A program made the position numbers and the translations under genes. Of a stretch of DNA of 64,000 bases, positions 56,274 to 64,000 are shown piece after piece. Under the pieces are notes generated by a model. It made no database searches and had not been told where the DNA came from. It saw nothing but the letters and a program-made list of their open reading frames with translations. Position 1 is the stretch's first letter, and each line of letters starts with the position of its first letter. This stretch comes from a virus. Taxonomy: Duplodnaviria > Heunggongvirae > Uroviricota > Caudoviricetes. Where the stretch lies: IMG/VR virus record IMGVR_UViG_2654587772_000002; one strand, written 5' to 3'.

Positions 56274-57404
56274 CTAAACCACATGAAGCGGCTTAGGAAT
56301 TACAGACTCTCCAAGGGCTAACACTGCCAGCCCGGCAGCTTTTATATTACGGGCCGCGTTAATATCACGATCATGCTCTGCGCCACATTCCGGGCAGTGC
56401 CATTTACGAATATTAAGAGGCATTTTTTGCATGGTGAAGCCGCAACTGCTGCAACGTTTGGAAGAAGGGAAATACTGGTCGATAGCGACAATGCTACGTC
56501 CACCCCATTCTCCTTTGTACTGGAGTTGGCGTACAAGTTCGCTCCAGCCTGCGTCAGCTATTGCTTTAGACAGCTTCGGGTTACGGATCATGTTTTTCAC
56601 TTTAAGGGATTCGACGCAAACAACTTGGTTTTCGTTAATCAGTTTGCGGGACAACTTATGCAGGTTATCCATCCGACAATCGACTATTCTCGCGTGGAGG
56701 CGGGCAACCTTTAAACGTGCTTTGGCGCGGTTCTTTGAGCCTTTTTGTTTCTTGCTCAATCTGCGCTGTAACACTGCTAATCGCTTCGCGTATTTAGCGT
56801 TGTGTCGAGGATTGCCAGTTTTAAAACCGGTATCGGTGACGAACAAATCTTTTAAACCAATATCAATGCCGACCGTGGAAACGGTGATCGGCAGTGATAC
56901 AGGCTCAAACTCGCAGAGACAGGATACAAAATATCGTCCGGCAGCATCCCTGGTGATAGTGACAGTGGATGGAGCAGACGGCAACGGACGGCTCCAGCGA
57001 ACATCTAACGGCTCTTTGCTCTTTGCCATGTACAGCTTGCCGTCACGGTATTTAAATGCGCTGGCAGTTAGTTCTGCGGCCTGTTTATGCCGCTTGCTCT
57101 TAAAAACTGGGTATGCAGCACGCCCGGCGAAAAAGTTAGCAAAAGCCGTTTGTTGGTGGCGCAGAGACTGCTGGAGGGGGACGCAGGAAACGTCATTCAG
57201 CCAAGCGAATTCTGGTTCTTTTTTCAGTGCCGTTAATTTGGCGCTGGCTTGTGCATAGCCGACCCTCTCATGGCGTGCGTAGTACGCATCGGTGCGCCAG
57301 CGAAGGAGGCTGTTATAGACAAAACGCACACACCCAAAAGTCCGGGCTAATAGCTCGGTTTGTTCGGGAGTTGGATAGAATCGATATTTATAGGCACGCT
57401 TCAT
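56274..57404 (-). CDS. tnpB: IS200/IS605-family TnpB (RuvC-like RNA-guided nuclease), no tnpA nearby
   Basis: N-terminal MKRAYKYRFYPTPEQ..., RuvC-like region, C-terminal zinc finger CSSCG...CPECG. Confidence 0.85.
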   Translation of the reverse strand: MKRAYKYRFYPTPEQTELLARTFGCVRFVYNSLLRWRTDAYYARHERVGYAQASAKLTALKKEPEFAWLNDVSCVPLQQSLRHQQTAFANFFAGRAAYPVFKSKRHKQAAELTASAFKYRDGKLYMAKSKEPLDVRWSRPLPSAPSTVTITRDAAGRYFVSCLCEFEPVSLPITVSTVGIDIGLKDLFVTDTGFKTGNPRHNAKYAKRLAVLQRRLSKKQKGSKNRAKARLKVARLHARIVDCRMDNLHKLSRKLINENQVVCVESLKVKNMIRNPKLSKAIADAGWSELVRQLQYKGEWGGRSIVAIDQYFPSSKRCSSCGFTMQKMPLNIRKWHCPECGAEHDRDINAARNIKAAGLAVLALGESVIPKPLHVV

Positions 57405-57516
57405 GTTCTATATAATACATTGAAACTAATGAGTATATAAATGAATACACGGACGAAAATGTTATCAAAGCCAATATACCAACAGACATTAGGTAAGGTA
57501 GCTGGAGGGCAATATA

Positions 57517-58536
57517 ATGACTGATGTTTTGAAAACGGTCACTGACCGCTTTTGTCTCTATAGCAATGCTCGAAAAGGTCGCCAGAACGGGCGACAGTAT
57601 GTATTAAGCGCGGTTAAGACCATGCTTGAAAGCAAGGAAACTCAGGAAGGTTTACGCCTTGGAGAGCTTTTCGGCTATTACGGTCACGGTCGCCGACAGC
57701 TGACCGGCAAACTGGAAGTACCAGAAACCAGCGTAATCATGGTGGAAGGTCGCCCGGTCGTAATCGACAATGTTCCAGCGTGCCGCACAGTGGCTATATC
57801 CGTTGACGACAACGGCATCGTTACCCATACACAGGAAATTCTTAACACAGAGCCGGGTAAAATTGTCGCCGCGATGATCGAAAGCCGAGCTGGTGGCTGG
57901 AGCTGGGCCACTGGCGGGCGTGAGTCCGGGAAAATCGCTGTAACCACCAGCTTCCATGGTGTGGATTATGTGACAACGCCGAACTATATCAGTCTGGATC
58001 ATCCTGCCAGCGCCGGAATGTTTGAAAGCGCGGATTCTAAATCTTTACTGGCAGAGTCCCTGGCGGCGCATGGGTACTCCGACGAGTCAGTGCAGGCCGT
58101 TATATCCCATTACGGCAAAATGGCTGAACTGGAAATGATGGTGGAGGCGACAGAGCGTACGGCAGAACTGGAAACTGCACTACTCGAAAGCCAGGGCCGC
58201 CACCTCGAAGCAATGGCCAAGATCGCAGATGCTGAAGCGCGAATCGCTTTGCTGGAGGAAACAGCGGGTATCCGCGACGATGTGCTGGCAGCAATGCAAG
58301 ACGAACTGGATAACCTCCCGATCTTCGTCTCCGCCGCCCAAAAAGACGCATTCCGCCTCAAAGAACCTGGTGATGCAAAAATCGTTGCCACACTTTTCGA
58401 ATCTCTGATCAAAGTTGGCGCACGCAACTTGCCTGTCACCAAGAAAATTAAGGAGGTTCCGCAAGCGGCTAACGTCCAGGCACCGCGTGAGACAAGCATC
58501 ATCACGTTTAATAATTCAATCAATCCGTTTAAATAA
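57517..58536 (+). CDS. pro: Head processing protease/scaffold-like protein (pro position)
   Basis: 339 aa; coiled-coil C-terminal half; follows portal in synteny. Confidence 0.6.
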   Translation: MTDVLKTVTDRFCLYSNARKGRQNGRQYVLSAVKTMLESKETQEGLRLGELFGYYGHGRRQLTGKLEVPETSVIMVEGRPVVIDNVPACRTVAISVDDNGIVTHTQEILNTEPGKIVAAMIESRAGGWSWATGGRESGKIAVTTSFHGVDYVTTPNYISLDHPASAGMFESADSKSLLAESLAAHGYSDESVQAVISHYGKMAELEMMVEATERTAELETALLESQGRHLEAMAKIADAEARIALLEETAGIRDDVLAAMQDELDNLPIFVSAAQKDAFRLKEPGDAKIVATLFESLIKVGARNLPVTKKIKEVPQAANVQAPRETSIITFNNSINPFK

Positions 58537-58545
58537 CCACCAAAA

Positions 58546-58569
58546 ATAACCCCGGCAGCTGCCGGGGTT
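58546..58569. terminator. Bidirectional hairpin terminator (CCCCGGCAG / CTGCCGGGG)
   Basis: Perfect 9-bp stem between convergent genes. Confidence 0.55.
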
Positions 58570-58580
58570 CTCGTTAACTA

Positions 58581-58835
58581 TTATCGCCTTCGTGCCATAT
58601 ATTTGCGCACCGCGCGGCGTGGACAATCTGAAGCGGTTTCTTTCTGCTGCATCAATCTCGCAGCCATGCTCAAAAATGTCAGGCACAGCCGAAGCCCGGC
58701 ATACAATAGCGGTTCCAGTGGCCACGTCTCATTGAGCACATATACCGCCATGAAAATCGAGTCAAAAACTATCGCCGCCAGCGATAACTTCATTGTCGAA
58801 AGTCGGCGGAGCTGCCGGAGTTTATTCATTGACAA
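58581..58835 (-). CDS. Small two-TM membrane protein downstream of endolysin (holin/lysis-accessory candidate)
   Basis: Two hydrophobic helices; start overlaps lyz stop. Confidence 0.4.
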   Translation of the reverse strand: MSMNKLRQLRRLSTMKLSLAAIVFDSIFMAVYVLNETWPLEPLLYAGLRLCLTFLSMAARLMQQKETASDCPRRAVRKYMARRR

Positions 58836-59379
58836 GCCCCGTCAGGCAAAGCTGGCGTTCTTTTTCACGGCGAATCTTTAAACCTCGCAGGGGCACGCCG
58901 TTACTGTTCACGAAATCAGGGAGATGGTTACACATATTCACCCATTCCCCTTTCTGCGCCCACTTGTGGATGGACGTTTCTACTCGCATGCCTCGCGCTT
59001 TGCTGTAGTAGGTCCGTAAGCTATTGCATCCCATATTGAATGCCGCGCTTGTCATTGCACTGAAGGCATTATCGGGCATGTCTTTGCCCCGGAAGTGCTG
59101 ATTAATACAGCGTTCAGCGATCAGGATATTCTTTTCCCAATCAGCGGCGATTTGCTGGTCGGTTTTTCGCACACCCGGCGTTACCCCGTGTGTATTACCG
59201 ATCCCGTCAGTCCATACCCCCGCCGGGCACATGTATGGATCACGTCGGCAACCTTCAGCGTTACCAATCTGCTCAAGCCCCGCCTGGTTGGTTCGCACAT
59301 TGCCATTACCCATCACGATGGTAATCATCACCGCGATAGCGCAAATTGCACCGCCTCCTGCGGCTGTTTTTCCCTTCAT
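58822..59379 (-). CDS. lyz: SAR endolysin (lysozyme) Lyz
   Basis: N-terminal signal-anchor-release helix MKGKTAAGGGAICAIAVMITIVMG then lysozyme domain; start at ATG 59379 (GAGG SD). Confidence 0.85.
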   Translation of the reverse strand: MKGKTAAGGGAICAIAVMITIVMGNGNVRTNQAGLEQIGNAEGCRRDPYMCPAGVWTDGIGNTHGVTPGVRKTDQQIAADWEKNILIAERCINQHFRGKDMPDNAFSAMTSAAFNMGCNSLRTYYSKARGMRVETSIHKWAQKGEWVNMCNHLPDFVNSNGVPLRGLKIRREKERQLCLTGLVNE

Positions 59380-59471
59380 AAAGACCTCATAAGCGAATTT
59401 TTTACGCTCCAGGACAAACACCCATTCACAGCCAATACCGACTGACTCGATCCCTTTAGAAGGCACAGGAT

Positions 59472-59491
59472 AATGCAAATCACTTGTTAGC
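59472..59491 (-). promoter_or_regulatory. Candidate late promoter upstream of lyz (CTAACAAGTGATTT + TATCCT)
   Basis: Motif shared with prt and baseplate-operon upstream regions. Confidence 0.4.
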
Positions 59492-59512
59492 TACGTTTCA
59501 AAGATATACATT

Positions 59513-59529
59513 ATTGCTCTAATTAATTT
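59513..59529 (+). promoter_or_regulatory. C1 operator ATTGCTCTAATTAATTT (16/17) upstream of ssb
   Basis: Consensus match. Confidence 0.55.
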
Positions 59530-59548
59530 ATTTTATTAGGTAAGATAA

Positions 59549-60037
59549 GTGGCACAACGCGGTGTAAACAAAGTCATCCTGATTGGTACCCTGGGGCAAG
59601 ACCCGGAGATCAGGTATATACCAAATGGCGGAGCGGTCGGAAGACTCAGCATCGCAACGAATGAATCATGGCGCGACAAGCAAACTGGCCAACAGAAAGA
59701 GCAAACAGAATGGCATAAAGTCGTTTTGTTCGGAAAACTTGCTGAAATTGCGAGTGAATATTTACGAAAAGGTTCTCAGGTCTACATCGAAGGGAAACTT
59801 AAAACCCGTAAGTGGACAGATGACGCCGGTGTAGAACGTTACACGACGGAAATTATCGTCAGCCAGGGCGGCACCATGCAAATGATCGGCGCTCGCCGTG
59901 ACGATTCACAGTCCTCAAATGGCTGGAGGCAATCAAACCAACCTCAAAACCACCAGCAATACAGCGGTGGCGGTAAACCTCAGAGCAACGCCAATAACGA
60001 ACCTCCAATGGACTTTGACGACGATATTCCGTTTTGA
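59549..60037 (+). CDS. ssb: Single-stranded DNA-binding protein
   Basis: OB-fold N-terminus ([18 protein letters not shown]), Gly/Gln-rich tail ending DFDDDIPF. Confidence 0.9.
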   Translation: MAQRGVNKVILIGTLGQDPEIRYIPNGGAVGRLSIATNESWRDKQTGQQKEQTEWHKVVLFGKLAEIASEYLRKGSQVYIEGKLKTRKWTDDAGVERYTTEIIVSQGGTMQMIGARRDDSQSSNGWRQSNQPQNHQQYSGGGKPQSNANNEPPMDFDDDIPF

Positions 60038-60234
60038 ATGTGTAAAAAACGACTGAAAGAAAAGCGGTGGTCCAAACGCCAACAAAAGCACGAACTCGCT
60101 AAAAAACGCCAAAGTTGGCAATGGCACGCGCTTTTCACGAAAAGAACACCCCGAGATATTGCTTTCGCTGGTGGGAAAACATTCCTGACCCACCTGAAGG
60201 CGCAATACATCAGGTTTTAAGCAGAGGAAAGACT

Positions 60235-60912
60235 ATGAATAACATGACAACGAAAGAGCTTTTGACGGCACTTCCAAAATACAAAAGCCATAAAACAGTT
60301 CGTGCCTCAAAAATCAAAGATATCGAAATTATCGCCCTAATGGATGTGGTCCTTCTTTGCAACATCGAAGTCGTTGAGCCAGAAGGGGTAAAAGTCCATG
60401 TTGATAAAATGTTTTTGCAAAAACACCGACCAGAAATTGGCGGATATCTGGTCGCTTACGAGGACGGATCTCTGTCCTATTCACCAGAAAAAACATTTGA
60501 AGAAGGCTTTAGTCGGACTAACGACTTCTTCGAAAATGGGGTATCGCTCAGCATTGAAGGTCACAACGGGGTGACATTCATTACAGCCAAGGACGTAACT
60601 ATTTCTGCTGGCGGTATCGCTACTCTACAAGAAGAAATCGACCTTGAAGCAGCCGACTTTTCTGACGCGCTGATGTGGCTGAAGGATGGCAAGAAAGTTG
60701 CTCGACGCGGGTGGAACGGCGAAAACCAATTCTGCTGGCTGGTTCCTGAAGGACAGTACCCGGCACGAATGGAAGCCATTAAGGGATATTTCCCCGGCGA
60801 CCTCGTTCCGTATGGTGCTTATTTCGCCTTAAAAAATGCACAAGGTGTAGTTGTTCCGTGGGTTCCTTCTGTAGGCGACTTACTGGCATGTGACTGGTTT
60901 GTAGTGGAGTGA
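60235..60912 (+). CDS. Hypothetical protein, possibly DUF2829-like (ARRGW motif)
   Basis: GAGGA SD; MWLKDGKKVARRGWNG. Confidence 0.45.
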   Translation: MNNMTTKELLTALPKYKSHKTVRASKIKDIEIIALMDVVLLCNIEVVEPEGVKVHVDKMFLQKHRPEIGGYLVAYEDGSLSYSPEKTFEEGFSRTNDFFENGVSLSIEGHNGVTFITAKDVTISAGGIATLQEEIDLEAADFSDALMWLKDGKKVARRGWNGENQFCWLVPEGQYPARMEAIKGYFPGDLVPYGAYFALKNAQGVVVPWVPSVGDLLACDWFVVE

Positions 60913-60918
60913 TTTAAC

Positions 60919-61707
60919 GTGGAAAATACTAAAGCAATTCAATACCGCCTGCGTAATGGCCAGAGTGTCGAAGTGACCATCAATAATGATGGTGTACCTG
61001 GCGAAAAGGTTTCTATCTCTGATCTGGCTATCGAAAAAACCATCATGTGCCACCTTGGCTTTACTGAAGAAGTGAGCAAAAAGCATGGTGTAGCTATCTG
61101 GCGAACAATGGATACTGGCATGCGCAGATTCATTACCGCTCGTACCCCAGGTATGACCATGATGGACCTCATGCAGATTGCGCCGCTGTTTGAGTGTGAA
61201 CCTTTGGATGTATTCAGCAATCCAGCTATCTGCCAGCAGTTATATGGTGAGATGAAACTCGCGGTTACCCCCATTGTGCTGCATGAAGGATCGCTTGCTG
61301 GCGTATGGAAAGTAGAGCGAATTTCAAGCTATATGCCCTTCCACATCCATGTCAACGGCGTAATCGCAGGTGAAAATCAACCTGTTTCAGTTACAAAGTC
61401 AGACCTCAAGCGCGCAATTCTTGAAGCAAGTTGTCGAGTTATCGGCCTGGGCAAACAGTCTTATGTTTTCTTCCCGGCTGGCCCTGAAGGCCCGGCAGAA
61501 ATTCTGATTATGGATGCCGATCTGCTCTGGCAAATACAGTTTCTGATTGGCAAAAGCATCATCCGCGCTGAAGAACTCGATCAGTACATTACCTGCACGA
61601 TGACGGATGAAGTCAAAAGTGTGGCTATAGCCAATGCCCGGAACCTATGTCGTGCTGCATTAACAGAACTGCAAGAAAACACCACGGAAGAAGTGGAAAG
61701 CGATTAA
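60919..61707 (+). CDS. Hypothetical protein (262 aa)
   Basis: ORF; operon with previous gene. Confidence 0.45.
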   Translation: MENTKAIQYRLRNGQSVEVTINNDGVPGEKVSISDLAIEKTIMCHLGFTEEVSKKHGVAIWRTMDTGMRRFITARTPGMTMMDLMQIAPLFECEPLDVFSNPAICQQLYGEMKLAVTPIVLHEGSLAGVWKVERISSYMPFHIHVNGVIAGENQPVSVTKSDLKRAILEASCRVIGLGKQSYVFFPAGPEGPAEILIMDADLLWQIQFLIGKSIIRAEELDQYITCTMTDEVKSVAIANARNLCRAALTELQENTTEEVESD

Positions 61708-61738
61708 AAAAAATCCCGCCGATTGGCGGGATTTCTTC
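61705..61738. terminator. Bidirectional terminator (A-run, AATCCCGCC-GATT-GGCGGGATT, T-rich)
   Basis: Perfect 9-bp stem between convergent genes. Confidence 0.6.
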
Positions 61739-62045
61739 AATATACGATCTGGTCTACATGATCACCAAAATCATCGTCGTCGTCCTCATCGCCACCATCT
61801 ACTGCTGGCCAATCAACAAACCAGCCAGCGTAAAGATGCAGCGTTCGGAGAACATCACTTGCGGGAGCATCAAGGGTGTTAACGAATCCCATATAGCTAT
61901 TGGGATTTGCTCCAGCTATGGCTTCAGCGATCATGTCCTCGGTAATGTCACCGGAGATAATGCTTAAACGCCCGGAAACTTCTTCATTATCATCAAATTC
62001 GATAATGGCATCTCCGCCTAATGGCGCTGCGATTTTAATCTGCAT
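61737..62045 (-). CDS. Small acidic protein downstream of Dar-like gene
   Basis: 102-aa ORF overlapping upstream gene end. Confidence 0.4.
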   Translation of the reverse strand: MQIKIAAPLGGDAIIEFDDNEEVSGRLSIISGDITEDMIAEAIAGANPNSYMGFVNTLDAPASDVLRTLHLYAGWFVDWPAVDGGDEDDDDDFGDHVDQIVY

Positions 62046-63951
62046 TATTTAGCTCCTTTGCCACACCTAATAACAGTTCCAGCAATCCGTCACCATTCAT
62101 CAGTGATGCGGCAGCGGCCTCTTTGTCATGATACAACTGAAGAGCCATAGAGAACACTTCCGTTGCTGACGTTTTGGAAATTGTCGGAGATTTGTGTCGA
62201 AATTTACCAGAATTACTCACTGAGACAGGCGGGTATACCTTCGCCATATAAATATCACTCAATCGAGATCTGAAGCACCATTCAGGCTTGCCACGCCCAC
62301 CGATATTAACGAAAGATGGCTTATCCCCTTCAACATTGGCCTTCAGGAATGACCTGGCTTTCTCTAACAAACCCGGGTTACTGTACTCAAGATGATGACC
62401 CAGCTCGTGCCACAGTGCATTTGCATTTTCATCGTGCAAATCGACAGCAACAACACCATTAAGATTTGCATACGCCCTACCCTTGTGGTGAATTACCCTT
62501 GATAAGGTTGATATTTTCCCGCCGGTCAGGCGATAAATATCAGCAAGTTCCTTGCGCAGGTCTATTCCACCATTCTGTCCAGCGCGGGCTTCTTCCACTT
62601 CTTCCGTGATAAAAGAGTCGGCCCACTCAAGAGCTTTTTCTTCTGATACGGATGAGTTGGTGATCGCACTGTTCATGGCAGATAACACTTTCTCGTAGAC
62701 CGAATCCATACTTCGCTGATTCATTTGCCAGCGTTTCTGCGGGATATATGAAAATCGATTGAGTAGCTGGTCAAGCTGCTCAAGTTCTTCTTCACTGACA
62801 TGCTTTTTAGCCTCACCAATAATGCTGGGGAGAATAATGCCGTTAGGATTAAACGCTCGCGAAAGGAAGAGTTTCAGCGCCCCCATGCCCTCCGATGCTT
62901 CAATATCACCAATAACACGGTTAACAATGGCCGCATTCTTCGGATTAACGTCCTCCAACGCCCTAGCTACGATTTGCAGGGACGATACGACCTCACGCTG
63001 CATATCCGTCCTGATCTCATCAATTAACTCTGGCGTTATGCCGTGCTCTTTAAGGATATCCCGGCCTTCCGCCGTTACCCCATCGATATCACCGACATGT
63101 TTATTAACACGACTTTGCAATGCCTTAAATGCCTTCAGAATTCCACGGGCATCATCCGCTTTACTAACGGCCTTCCTGAATGCTGGCAAGAAGTCTGAGT
63201 TAACCTCATTTTGTTGATCGGCCCACTGAATGGAGGCTTCCTTCATCTCGTCCAGAGTCAGATCACCCAACGCGGTATGGTCTGTGAATATGAGCGATAA
63301 CCTCTGAACCATTTCTGCCAATGGTGATACTGATTGCGCCGCGCTAAGGAATGCTTTCACCCTGGTTGGGCGAATGGAAAACCAGTCAATAGCTGGTGGC
63401 ATATCTCCGTTTTGTATCGCCTGCGCTATCTCATCAAAGCCGTCGCGCCCAAGGGAGGATGCGTGATTTAACAATCCGCGAAGTAACGAATTGCTGATAC
63501 CGAATAATCGGCACCATTTATTCACGTCGGCAACAGGCATTCGAACAAAATGCGCAAGCACTTGTACAAGCTGTTCATCCTGGGGATCTCTACGGGAAAG
63601 CAGCCTTATCAGATGAATAATGTCTTTGATGCCGGATGACCGATGTAATAGCAAGCTGGTATATGGAGCAACACCGTTGTAACTACCGCCGGAAACGGAC
63701 TCGAAAAGACCGCCTGATATCCCTTGCATGCCTTCGTTTTCCAGTTCCTGAGACACCTGGCGAAGGATATCCTGTAACGACACATCACCACCGCCAAACA
63801 TATCCCCCAGCGCCTGGCCCTGGTGCTGTAACTCATCATTGATACGTTGAGCCATCAATTTAAAGGCGGTGGCCATACGCTTCGCGCTACGGTTATTCGC
63901 GACGATGAACAACGCGAGAGCTTTCACTTCCGGGGCTGTTTCGCTGAACAT
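62035..63951 (-). CDS. Large virion/antirestriction-operon protein (DarA-like by position) with HExxH motif
   Basis: 638 aa; HELGHH motif; P1 assignment by synteny only. Confidence 0.4.
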   Translation of the reverse strand: MFSETAPEVKALALFIVANNRSAKRMATAFKLMAQRINDELQHQGQALGDMFGGGDVSLQDILRQVSQELENEGMQGISGGLFESVSGGSYNGVAPYTSLLLHRSSGIKDIIHLIRLLSRRDPQDEQLVQVLAHFVRMPVADVNKWCRLFGISNSLLRGLLNHASSLGRDGFDEIAQAIQNGDMPPAIDWFSIRPTRVKAFLSAAQSVSPLAEMVQRLSLIFTDHTALGDLTLDEMKEASIQWADQQNEVNSDFLPAFRKAVSKADDARGILKAFKALQSRVNKHVGDIDGVTAEGRDILKEHGITPELIDEIRTDMQREVVSSLQIVARALEDVNPKNAAIVNRVIGDIEASEGMGALKLFLSRAFNPNGIILPSIIGEAKKHVSEEELEQLDQLLNRFSYIPQKRWQMNQRSMDSVYEKVLSAMNSAITNSSVSEEKALEWADSFITEEVEEARAGQNGGIDLRKELADIYRLTGGKISTLSRVIHHKGRAYANLNGVVAVDLHDENANALWHELGHHLEYSNPGLLEKARSFLKANVEGDKPSFVNIGGRGKPEWCFRSRLSDIYMAKVYPPVSVSNSGKFRHKSPTISKTSATEVFSMALQLYHDKEAAAASLMNGDGLLELLLGVAKELNNAD

Positions 63952-64000
63952 ATCCCCCTGAGCAATGACATCGGTAATATGCTGGCCTGACTCCTTCGAT

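Noticed and set aside
56274-57404. TnpB as a Cas12-type CRISPR effector
   Set aside because: No CRISPR array or cas1/cas2 nearby; size and zinc finger fit an IS200/IS605 TnpB
60038-62045. IS1 between ssb and the Dar-like operon, as recalled for P1
   Set aside because: No InsA/InsB-like ORFs or IS1-like terminal repeats; interval holds two ordinary ORFs and a bidirectional terminator

Overview
This window reads as a near-contiguous segment of a P1-like (Punavirus-type) temperate phage-plasmid, annotated by direct reading of the sequence and ORF translations. Gene names follow P1 synteny from memory and were not checked against any database. Recognised backbone, in order: iteron/RepA replicon with GATC cluster and DnaA box; rdgC-like gene plus a bifunctional C5/Dam methyltransferase; a tRNA cluster (Asn, Thr, CAU-anticodon); TerB-like and DnaB-like (ban) genes; a minus-strand baseplate/tail operon; PP-lambda-type phosphatase; phd-doc; lpa; pacA/pacB with a GATC-hexamer pac site; c1-coi; loxP-cre; lxc-ulx-darB; portal and head protease; SAR endolysin; ssb; and a Dar-like operon. 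At least 17 C1-operator-like 17-mers (ATTGCTCTAATAAATTT and variants) are scattered through it. The most notable non-backbone content is: (1) a 341-aa LAGLIDADG intein inserted exactly at the catalytic PCQ motif of the C5-methyltransferase domain of Dmt; (2) a complete Type I R-M operon (hsdM-hsdS-hsdR) next to phd-doc; (3) a tnpA-less IS200/IS605-family tnpB inserted between portal and protease genes; (4) a cargo island between cra and lxc with a decayed serine recombinase, a GlxA-type regulator/MBL hydrolase/SnoaL-like operon and an AT-rich EAL-domain plus AppY-like AraC pair; (5) a frameshifted antirepressor module with a structured leader between pacB and c1; (6) extra tRNA-like and palindromic RNA-like elements in the tRNA cluster. 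No CRISPR array and no rRNA were seen.
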